A DNA stretch of 64,000 nt from an uncultured Gemmatimonadales bacterium (GTDB lineage Bacteria; Gemmatimonadota; Gemmatimonadetes; Longimicrobiales; Longimicrobiaceae), in contig OY970303.1 of NCBI GenBank assembly GCA_963716255.1, positions 288,001-352,000 of the forward strand, written 5' to 3'. This document shows, one piece after another, positions 50,401 through 64,000 of this stretch. Numbering within the stretch: the first letter of the stretch is position 1; every line of letters begins with the position of its first letter. Below the pieces are notes generated by a model, which was given only the letters and a program-made list of their open reading frames with translations, did no database searches and was not told where the DNA came from. The position numbers and the translations under genes were made by a program.

Positions 50401-51695
50401 CCGTTGGAGCGCTCCTCCACGAAGAGCGAGATGTCGAACGCGGACATCCCGCTGTCCGCGTCCACCGGCGACAGCGCCAGCCCGGAAAGCTGCACCGGCT
50501 TCATGGGCGCGTTCTGCACCACGAACATCACCTGGAAGACCGGCGTGTGGCTCAGGGAGCGCTCGGGAGCCAGCTCCTCCACCAGCCGCTCGAACGGGAG
50601 CTCCTGGTGCGCGTAGCCGCCCAGCGTGGTCTCGCGGACGCGGCGCAGCGCCTCGCGGAAGGTGGGGTCGCCGGAAAGGTCGGCGTGCAGGACCAGCGTG
50701 TTGACGAAGAAGCCGAAGGCCCCTTCCAGCTCCTTGCGCGTGCGGTTGGCGATGGGCGAGCCCACCACCACGTGGTCCTGCCCGGAGAGGCGCGCCAGCA
50801 GCACGTCCCACACGGCGAGCAGCGCCATGAAGAGCGTGGTCCCCTCGCGGCGGTTCAGCTCGCGGACCCCCTCCATCACCCGGTGCGAGAGGATGAAGCG
50901 CTGCGACTCGCCGTGGAAGCGCTGGATGGGCGGGCGCGGGCGGTCCAGGGGCAGCTCCAGCAGCGCGGGCGCGCCCTCCATCTGCCGGCGCCAGTAGGCC
51001 AGCAGGTCGTCCAGCGTCTTCCCGGCCAGGCGACGGCGCTGCCAGGCGGCGAAGTCGCCGTACTGGAGCGGCACCGGCGGGAGCGGCGAGGGGAGCCCGG
51101 CCGAGAAGGCCTGGTACAATTCCCCCAGCTCGCGCGCGAAGATCCCCATGCTCCACCCGTCGCTGACGATGTGGTGCATGGAGAGCGCGAGGACGTGCTC
51201 CGTGTCCGTGACGCGGAAGAGGCGGGCGTGCAGGAGCGGCGCGCGCGCCAGGTCGAAGGGCGCGCGGACGCTCGCCGCCACGCGGCGGCGCAGCTCCTCG
51301 CCGCGCTGCGGCTCGGGGAAGGCCGACAGGTCGTCCAGGGGGAGCTCCACCTCCACCGAGTCGGCGACCACCTGCACCGGCTCGCCGTCCACCACGGCGA
51401 ACGAGGTGCGGAACGCCTCGTGGCGCGCCGCGATCTCGGCGAGGGTGCGGCGCAGGGCGGCCGGGTCGAGCGGACCGTTCAGCCGCAGCGCGTTGGTGAT
51501 GTTGTAGAGCGCGCTCCCGGGCTCGAGCTGGTCCAGGAACCAGAGCGGCTGCTGGGAAAAGGAGACGGGGGCGTGCGGCCCGGGGGCCCGCGGCGGGATG
51601 CGGTCCTCCTCGACCTGCCGGATCCCCTCCTTCCTGAGGAGGAGGGCCAGCAGCTCGCGCTTCTGCGCGGAGATCCCGCCCGCGGGCTTGTTCAC
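38490..51695 (-). CDS. four-module NRPS: C-A(Lys-like?)-T, C-A(Thr)-T, C(modAA-like)-A(Ala-like variant)-T, C-A(Thr)-T
   Basis: Four HHxxxDG, four YTSGSTG and four GG(H/D)S motifs; Thr code DFWNVGMVHK twice; GTG start at 51695 next to the upstream stop. Confidence 0.95.
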   Translation of the reverse strand: MNKPAGGISAQKRELLALLLRKEGIRQVEEDRIPPRAPGPHAPVSFSQQPLWFLDQLEPGSALYNITNALRLNGPLDPAALRRTLAEIAARHEAFRTSFAVVDGEPVQVVADSVEVELPLDDLSAFPEPQRGEELRRRVAASVRAPFDLARAPLLHARLFRVTDTEHVLALSMHHIVSDGWSMGIFARELGELYQAFSAGLPSPLPPVPLQYGDFAAWQRRRLAGKTLDDLLAYWRRQMEGAPALLELPLDRPRPPIQRFHGESQRFILSHRVMEGVRELNRREGTTLFMALLAVWDVLLARLSGQDHVVVGSPIANRTRKELEGAFGFFVNTLVLHADLSGDPTFREALRRVRETTLGGYAHQELPFERLVEELAPERSLSHTPVFQVMFVVQNAPMKPVQLSGLALSPVDADSGMSAFDISLFVEERSNGIHAVFRYNPDLFDAATLRRMGAQFQVLAEAAVADPDLRLSDLPVLTPAERAQLLVEWNRTERALDPRPVHEHVAERARLEPAAPAVAFRGATLSYAELDRRADVLARTLRERGAGPETRVAILLERSPEMVVAVLAVLKAGAAYVPLDPGYPAERVAYVLEDSGAALLISADGVADTPHSPAPSPTRREGEHDDDASEGEDRQHGDSPPPERGRVASLGEPGGGPAVHPESAAYVIYTSGSTGRPKGVVVPHRALANYTEHARAEYGIGAEDRVLQFASLVFDASAEEIFPALAAGAALVLRTPEMIDSPAAFAAACTEWGITVASLPTAYWHELAAAPAGELPALPDALRLVVIGGERALPERLEAWRARFGTRVRLVNTYGPTEATIVATLADVAEPEPADPVRAAIPEMPLSPVPIGRPVSNARAYVLDAHLRPVPVGVAGELLLGGAGVARGYLGRPELTAEKFVPDALSGEGGARLYRTGDRVRRRPDGRLEFLGRTDAQVKVRGFRIEPGEVEAELARHPALRECAVVAREDEPGAVRLVAYVAPADGAQAPDAAELRRFLGASLPAYMVPAAFVALDTLPLTASGKLDRRALPAPDGAAVDAGEAPRTPVEEIVAGIFAEVLKRDRVGIHEGFFDLGGHSLLATQAMSRLRAALHVDLPLRVLFEAPTVAALARRVEAALPDAVAVPPILPAPRGGELPLSFAQERLWFLDHLEPGSPFYNIPGAVRLRGPLDAAALKWALGEIVRRHEALRTVFPERGGRAAQVVLPPAPFALPVEDLRDLPEEAREAAVRGVVDEEVRHAFDLARGPLLRARLLRAAEDEHVLVLVMHHVVSDAWSMGIFFGELGEAYRARLAGREPVLAPLPVQYADFAVWQRAWLTGETLERQLGWWRDRLRGAPAVLELPTDRPRPAVQRFHGASHVFSVPEAAASSLRALGRREGATPFMVLLAAFQLLLARYSGQDDVVVGTPIAGRNREETERLIGFFVNTLALRTELWDDPTFRDLVARVRETTLGAYQHQDLPFERLVEELQPERSLSRTPLFQVMFVFQNVPPGGLDLGGVAVEPLEFEFRSEKFDLTLTMLEHPDGLLGGVQYSTDLFDAATIERMSGHLVALLGAAAEEPARPVSELRLLGEAERSELVAAAGGTRSFPVRETLHGRFAAAAVRAPEAVAVTLGAESLTYREVERRAARLGRELWRRGVGPEVRVGLCLERSAEMVVAILGVLKAGGAYVPIDPAYPADRIAYLLEDSGVSLVLAQEATRAVLPEVPGVEVVALDSPHPPAPAPTRGKGEHEDDTPEGEARQHGDSPPPERGRVASLSEPGGGPAIDPAAAAYVIYTSGSTGRPKGVVVTHANVLRLFDATQEWFGFGAEDVWTLFHSYAFDFSVWEMWGALLHGGRLVVVPWETSRDPEAFRALLGAERVTVLNQTPSAFRQLVRADETAPADAALSLRWVVFGGEALEPRTLKPWMERHGDARPRLVNMYGITETTVHVTYRPVTAEDAESAPGSVIGEGIPDLRVHLLDRGLEPVPPGVPGEMYVGGGGVARGYLGRPELTAERFVPDPYSAEPGARMYRSGDRARRRAGGGLEYLGRADQQVKVRGFRIEPGEVEAALLGHAGVREALVMAREDEPGARRLVAYVVADAAAGEPTVEGLRAHLAERLPEHMVPAAFVLLDGFPLTPHGKTDRRALPPPDGARPELGAVYAPPRDAVEAALAEVWAETLGVDRVGVHDNYFALGGDSIRSLQVLAKARERGIGFGLQDVFRYQTVAELAPHVRAERREAAARAEPFSLLAPEDRARVPEGVEDAYPMTRLQLGMIFHTEQNPDRAVYQNVNTFHLRGAFDEARLRGVLTTLAGRHAILRTSFDLAGFSEPMQLVHREPEVALETADVSGLPPEAQDAAVDAWVETETFRAFDWRVSPLIRFHAHVRGPDAFQLGFTEHHSILDGWSVAALLAELFGLYFAAGDGDGEAAAPASTFRDFVALEREALASPEAREFWAGVLEDAEPTVPPSLAPAGEAGARAQLVELLPELVDALGRVARRAGATFKSVLLAAHLRALGAAAGADDVTVGIVSNGRPEGGGGERVLGLFLNTLPLRLRPGRGSWLDLVRAAFDAERRTLPFRRFPVAELKRMNGGEPPFEVLFNFVHFHVMDSVAAAEGGRFVNARATGTTNFPLGVTFSQGSSRHELQLAVEYDATRFSDAQAERLLAAHLAVLERMAADPEARHDTLDLLPPEERRRVLAEWSDTARAYPADALLHDLFAAAAARTPGAPAVSFHGRTLTYAELGARADSLALRLRALGVGPESVVGVCLARTPELVAALLGVLRAGGAYLPLDPAYPADRLAYMLADSGARVLLTQESLAGLFGDFAGEIVALDGTPLPPAPSPAGREGEHDVHPDNPAYLIYTSGSTGRPKGVAIPHRAAAVFVHWMRDTVTDEERAGVLASTSVSFDVSVAEIFGTLCWGGRLVLVENALELASLSDADGVRLATMVPTAAAELLRSGGIPRKVRAFNLAGEPLPADLARGLYALGHVERVRNLYGPTEDTAYSTWTTVEPGAERVTIGRPVAGTRAYVLDAELRPVPVGAAGELYLAGAGLARGYHARPELTAALFRPDPFAAAPGGRMYRTLDRARWNPAGELEYLGRVDTQVKVRGVRVELGEVEAVLREHPAVADAAAMILADGAGGRLVAWVVPAEDGPVPGAAALRGWLRERLPEPMVPSAFVELDALPRTPSGKTDRRALPAPAPASGEDTYVAPRTATEERIAIAWADVLRVERVGVDDSFFDLGGHSLLATQAMSRLRAALHVDLPLRVLFEAPTVAALARRVEAALPDAIPVPPILPAPRGGELPLSFAQERLWFLDQLEPGSPFYNIPGAVRLRGPLDAAALEWALGEIVRRHEALRTVFPERGGRAAQVVLPPEPLALPVEDLSDLPEEAREAAVRGVVDEEVRHAFDLARGPLLRARLLRAGEDEHVLVLVMHHVVSDAWSMGIFFGELGEAYRARLAGREPVLAPLPVQYADFAVWQRAWLTGEVLERQLGWWRDRLRGAPAVLELPTDRPRPAVQRFHGASHVFSVPEAAASSLRALGRREGATPFMVLLAAFQLLLARYSGQDDVVVGTPIAGRNREETERLIGFFVNTLALRTELWDDPTFRDLVARVRETTLGAYQHQDLPFERLVEELQPERSLSRTPLFQVMFVFQNVPPGGLDLGGVAVEPLEFEFRSEKFDLTLTMLEHPDGLLGGVQYSTDLFDAATIERMSGHLVALLSAAAAEPARPVSELRLLGEAERAELVAAAGGTRSFAVRDTLHGRFAAAASRAPEAVAVTLGAESLTYREVERRAAGLGRELRRRGVGPEVRVGLCLERSAEMVVAILGVLKAGGAYVPIDPAYPADRIGYLLEDSGVSLVLAQEATRAVLPEVPGVEVVALDSPHPPAPAPTKGKGEHDDDTPEGEARQHGGSPPPERGRVASLSEPGGGPAIDPDSAAYVIYTSGSTGRPKGVVVTHANVLRLFDATQEWFGFGAEDVWTLFHSYAFDFSVWEMWGALLHGGRLVVVPWETSRDPEAFRALLGAERVTVLNQTPSAFRQLVRADEAASVDELSLRWVVFGGEALEPRTLKPWMERHGDARPRLVNMYGITETTVHVTYRPVTAEDAESAPGSVIGEGIPDLRVHLLDRSLEPVPPGVPGEMYVGGGGVARGYLGRPELTAERFVPDPYSAEPGARMYRSGDRARRRAGGGLEYLGRADQQVKVRGFRIEPGEVEAALLGHAGVREALVMAREDEPGARRLVAYVVADAAAGEPTVEGLRAHLAERLPEHMVPAAFVLLDGFPLTPHGKTDRRALPAPETGSAEDTYVAPRTPTEERLAAAWAEVLRAGRVGVHDSFFDLGGHSMLATQVVSRVRHAFGVELRVADLFDNPTVEALARRVDGLLAAGSSADQAGPIARQARRGVARRNSPQ
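38848..42017 (-). repeat. near-identical duplicate of Thr module 45310-48482
   Basis: Direct repeat at offset ~6462-6465, covering the end of the preceding T plus C and A. Confidence 0.93.
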
Positions 51696-51696
51696 G

Positions 51697-54600
51697 TCAG
51701 ACTTCTCCGGTGGGGTGGCTCGCGCGGAGGGCCTGCTCCAGCTCCTCCGCCGAGATCGCCTGCATCTCGTCCTCCGACATCCCGTCCAGCATGCGGAGGA
51801 TGCGGGCGACGGTCTCCGTCTGCCCGGGCTCCGCCTCCAGCGCCACGGCCGCGGCGGCAAGCGCGGCGACGGTGGGATCCTCGAACAGCACGCGCAGCGG
51901 CACCTCCACCTGGAGCGCCTCGCGCACGCGCGAGATCACCTGCGTCGCCAGCAGCGAGTGCCCGCCCAGGTCGAAGAACGAGTCCAGGGCGCCCACCGAC
52001 GGCACCTCCAGCACCTCGGCCCAGATGGCGGCGACCACCGCCTCCACGTCGCCCCGCGGGGGCACGGAGGCGGGCCCGGCGCCCAGCTCCGGCGCGGGGA
52101 GCGCGCGGCGGTCCAGCTTGCCGTTGGGGGTCAGCGGAAGCTCCCCCAGCGGCACCAGCGCCGCCGGCACCATGTGCTCCGGCAGGCGGGCGCGCAGCCA
52201 CTCGCGCAGCTCCGCCTCCGCCGGCGCCGCGCCGTCCGCGACGACGACGTAGCCCACCAGGCGCCGCTCCCCCGGCCCGTCCTCCCGCGCGACCACCGCC
52301 GCGGCGCGCACCCCGGGGTGCGTCCCCAGCACCGCCTCCACCTCCCCCGGCTCCACGCGGAAGCCCCGCACCTTGACCTGCTGGTCCGCGCGCCCCAGGA
52401 ACTCCAGCGCCGCCTCCTCCGACCACCGCACCCGGTCGCCGGTGCGGTACAGCCGCTCCCCCGGCTCCGCCGCGAAGGGGTGCGGGACGAAGCGCTCCGC
52501 CGTCAGCCCGGGGCGACCCAGGTACCCGCGGGCCAGCCCGGGGCCGGACAGGTACAGCTCGCCGGGAACGCCGGGGGGCACCGGCTCCAGGCGCGCGTCC
52601 AGCACGTACGCCCCGGTGTTCGCCACCGGGCGCCCCAGCGGCAGCGGCACGGCCCGGTCCTCGTCGCCGCGCACCGGGTGCCAGGTGGAGAAGGTGGTCC
52701 CCTCCGTGGGGCCGTAGCCGTTCACCAGCATCGCCGGCCCGCCCGTTTCCAGCACGGCCGCGGAGCGCGTGGCGTCCATCGCCTCGCCGCCCACGACCAG
52801 GTAGCGCAGCCCGGCGAAGGCGTCCGGACGCTCCCCGGCCACCCGGTGGAAGAGCGAGGTGGGGAGGAAGGCCTGCGTCACCCCCTGCGCGCGCAGCGCC
52901 GCCGCCAGCGCGTCCGGGTCCAGCGCCGTCTCGCGGGGGATCCCCACCAGCCGCCCCCCGGACAGCAGCGCGCTCCACACCTCCCAGGTCGCCGCGTCGA
53001 AGGCCGCGTTGGAAACCTGCGCCACGCGGTCGTCCGGGCCCGCCTCCGTGTAATCCGTGTCGCGAACCAAGCGCAGGACGCCCGCGTGCGTGACCGCCAC
53101 GCCCTTGGGCTCCCCGGTGGAGCCGGACGTGTAGATCACGTACGCCAGCCCGTCCGGCTCCACGGGCGCCGCCGGGAGCTCCACCTCGTCCGCTTCAGGC
53201 ACCAAAGCTGTCCCGAAAGATATCACCTCCACCCCGGCCGCGGGAAGCAGGTCCCGCAGGCTTTCCTGCGCCAGCAGCACGCGCGCGCCGCAGTCGCGCA
53301 GCATCCAGGCGAGGCGCTCCGCAGGGTGCTGCGGGTCCAGCGGGAGGTACGCCCCGCCCGCCCGCAGGATGGCCACCATGCCCACCACCATCTCCACCGA
53401 GCGGTCCAGCAGCAGCCCCACCCGCGCGTCCGGACCCACCCCCGCCGCGCACAGCCGGCGCGCCAGCGCGGCCGAGCGCCGGTCCAGCTCCCGGTAGGTC
53501 AGCGCCGCGTCCGGGTACGCCACCGCCACCGCGTCGGCGTGGCGCGCCGCCGCCTCCGCGAACAGCTCCACCACGGTGCGCCCCGCCGGCCACTCCGTCC
53601 GCAGCGGGGCGCCCGTGGCCAGCGCCGCCTCGCGCTCCACCGGCGTCAGCAGCGGCAGCTCGCGGAGCGGGCGCTCCGGGTCCGCGGCCATCGCCTCCAG
53701 CAGCGTCCCCCACTGCGCCAGCATGCGCCGCACCGCCGCGCCGCCGAAGCGCGCCGTGTCCCAGACGGCCCGCAGCGCCAGCCCTTCCCCCGGCGAGGCC
53801 ACCACCGTGAGCGGGTAGCCGGTGCGCTCCTCCACCCGCGGGTCCTGGATCGCCAGCCGCCCGCCCGCCTCCCCCGCCCCGCCGCCCACCGGGTAGTTCT
53901 CGAAGGCCAGGATGCTCTCGAACAGGCGCTGCTCGCGGGGGACCTCCGTCCACCCCTGCACCGCCGTGAGCGACACGTGCTCCCAGGCGCCGGCCTCCAC
54001 CTGCCGCGCGTGCAATTCCGCGATCCAGGGGAGGAGCGGCGCGTCCTCGTCCACGCGGGCGCGCACGGGGAGCGTGTTGATGAACATCCCCACCATCTCC
54101 TCCACCCCCGCCAGCGCCGCCGGCCGCCCCGAGACCACGGCCCCGAAGACCACGTCGTCCCGCCCCGAGAAGCGGGACAGGAGCAGCGCCCAGGCCCCCT
54201 GCACCAGCGCCCCCGGCGTGACGCGGGCGCGGCGGGCCAGCGCCGCCAGCGAGGCCATCGCCGCCGCGGGGAGCCGAACCGAAGCCTCGGCGTACCGCGA
54301 CGGGTCGTCCGCGGCGCCGGCGGGGGCGGGCCGGTCGATCCCCAGCGGCGTGGGCGCCTCCACCCCGGCCAGGCGGGCGCGCCAGAACGCCTCCGCCGCC
54401 GCGGCGTCCCCCTCCCGCAGCCAGAGCACGTAGTCGCGGAAGGGCCGCGGGCGCGGCAGGCTCGTTTCGCGGCCGGCGCGCGCGTCCGCCTCGAAGGAGA
54501 GCACCTCGTCCAGCACGCGCGGCAGCGACCAGCCGTCCAGCAGCAGGTGGTGGAAGCTCCACTGCACGCGCCACTCGTCCGCGCCCGTGCGGATCAGCGC

Positions 54601-54981
54601 CAGGCGCATCAGCGGCGCCGCCAGAAGGTCGAAGCCGCGGCGACGGTCCTCCGCCAGGAAGTCCTCCAGCTCCCGCTCGCGCGCGTGCGGCGCGAGGCCG
54701 CTCCAGTCCAGCGTTTCCACGGGAATCGCCACGCGGCGCTGCACCACCTGCACCGGCTCCTCCATCTCCTCCCACGCGAACGCCGTCCGCAGCACCGGGT
54801 GCCGCTCCGCGACCCGCTGCCAGGCGCGCGCGAAGACCTGCGGGTCGAAGGCGGGATCGCGCACCGTGAACCCCACCTGCTCCACGTACGCGCCGGAGCC
54901 CGGGGCGTAGACGGTGTGGAACAGCATCCCCTGCTGGAGCGGGGTGAGCGGGTAGATGTCCTCTACGTCGGGCCGGCTCAT
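51697..54981 (-). CDS. single-module NRPS C-A(Val-like)-T
   Basis: Paralog of 35106..38339 with a different T domain and an acidic docking-like tail (LDGMSEDEMQ). Confidence 0.93.
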   Translation of the reverse strand: MSRPDVEDIYPLTPLQQGMLFHTVYAPGSGAYVEQVGFTVRDPAFDPQVFARAWQRVAERHPVLRTAFAWEEMEEPVQVVQRRVAIPVETLDWSGLAPHARERELEDFLAEDRRRGFDLLAAPLMRLALIRTGADEWRVQWSFHHLLLDGWSLPRVLDEVLSFEADARAGRETSLPRPRPFRDYVLWLREGDAAAAEAFWRARLAGVEAPTPLGIDRPAPAGAADDPSRYAEASVRLPAAAMASLAALARRARVTPGALVQGAWALLLSRFSGRDDVVFGAVVSGRPAALAGVEEMVGMFINTLPVRARVDEDAPLLPWIAELHARQVEAGAWEHVSLTAVQGWTEVPREQRLFESILAFENYPVGGGAGEAGGRLAIQDPRVEERTGYPLTVVASPGEGLALRAVWDTARFGGAAVRRMLAQWGTLLEAMAADPERPLRELPLLTPVEREAALATGAPLRTEWPAGRTVVELFAEAAARHADAVAVAYPDAALTYRELDRRSAALARRLCAAGVGPDARVGLLLDRSVEMVVGMVAILRAGGAYLPLDPQHPAERLAWMLRDCGARVLLAQESLRDLLPAAGVEVISFGTALVPEADEVELPAAPVEPDGLAYVIYTSGSTGEPKGVAVTHAGVLRLVRDTDYTEAGPDDRVAQVSNAAFDAATWEVWSALLSGGRLVGIPRETALDPDALAAALRAQGVTQAFLPTSLFHRVAGERPDAFAGLRYLVVGGEAMDATRSAAVLETGGPAMLVNGYGPTEGTTFSTWHPVRGDEDRAVPLPLGRPVANTGAYVLDARLEPVPPGVPGELYLSGPGLARGYLGRPGLTAERFVPHPFAAEPGERLYRTGDRVRWSEEAALEFLGRADQQVKVRGFRVEPGEVEAVLGTHPGVRAAAVVAREDGPGERRLVGYVVVADGAAPAEAELREWLRARLPEHMVPAALVPLGELPLTPNGKLDRRALPAPELGAGPASVPPRGDVEAVVAAIWAEVLEVPSVGALDSFFDLGGHSLLATQVISRVREALQVEVPLRVLFEDPTVAALAAAAVALEAEPGQTETVARILRMLDGMSEDEMQAISAEELEQALRASHPTGEV

Positions 54982-55012
54982 CGTGTCGTGCTCCGGTTGG
55001 TTCGTCGTGTGT

Positions 55013-55165
55013 GGCCGCTCCGGAACCAGGCCGAACCGCCGGCCTGTTTCCTACGCGGGTCGCGGAGCCACCGGAAACCGCCCCGGTGTCTCCGCTCCGG
55101 CTGCGGGAGCCCCGCCAAACAACCGGCGGGTCTCCCTCCGCGACATCTTACGGGGAACGGCGGGG
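55013..55165 (+). repeat. family B triple-hairpin repeat, copy 2
   Basis: Aligns to the reverse complement of 13280-13432; lies between two NRPS genes. Confidence 0.85.
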
Positions 55166-55220
55166 AAGCGCCCGGAACCACGCCCCATCCGCCGTTCCGT
55201 ACTGCGGCTTCGTGCTTCTC

Positions 55221-64000
<8,780 letters not shown>

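Noticed and set aside
41421..52376. Very long plus-strand ORFs (3651 aa here; also 25375-29940, 55011-61496 and 6435-9788)
   Set aside because: They are antisense shadows of real minus-strand genes, caused by extreme GC3 bias, and carry no domain motifs.

Overview
This window is very GC-rich bacterial DNA. Gene content and style suggest Gemmatimonadota (Longimicrobium-like), which is an inference. Positions 1-25 kb hold mostly minus-strand housekeeping and accessory genes: a TPR-like protein, a GH85 ENGase, an HD hydrolase, asnS, a GH43 lipoprotein, nth, a PolX-PHP with altered polymerase aspartates, a zincin, two DinB proteins, glyQS, MarR, clpP, an APC permease, an S9B peptidase and a lysyl-oxidase-like lipoprotein. 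Positions 25.4-64 kb hold the 3' part of a large NRPS cluster: 5 genes and 11 A domains (one cut by the window edge). It shows recent module and gene duplications, one +1 frameshift, a probable dehydrating C domain, an A-less degenerate tail and no thioesterase. The most striking signals are in repeat DNA. (i) A 129-bp element in six copies has stems that covary around fixed loops and mostly sits just after stop codons. (ii) A second ~155-bp element is built from the same hairpin-loop unit. (iii) A palindromic element occurs between genes and is also inserted in-frame, up to three stacked, at one loop of six NRPS adenylation domains. No tRNA, rRNA, CRISPR array or transposase was seen.
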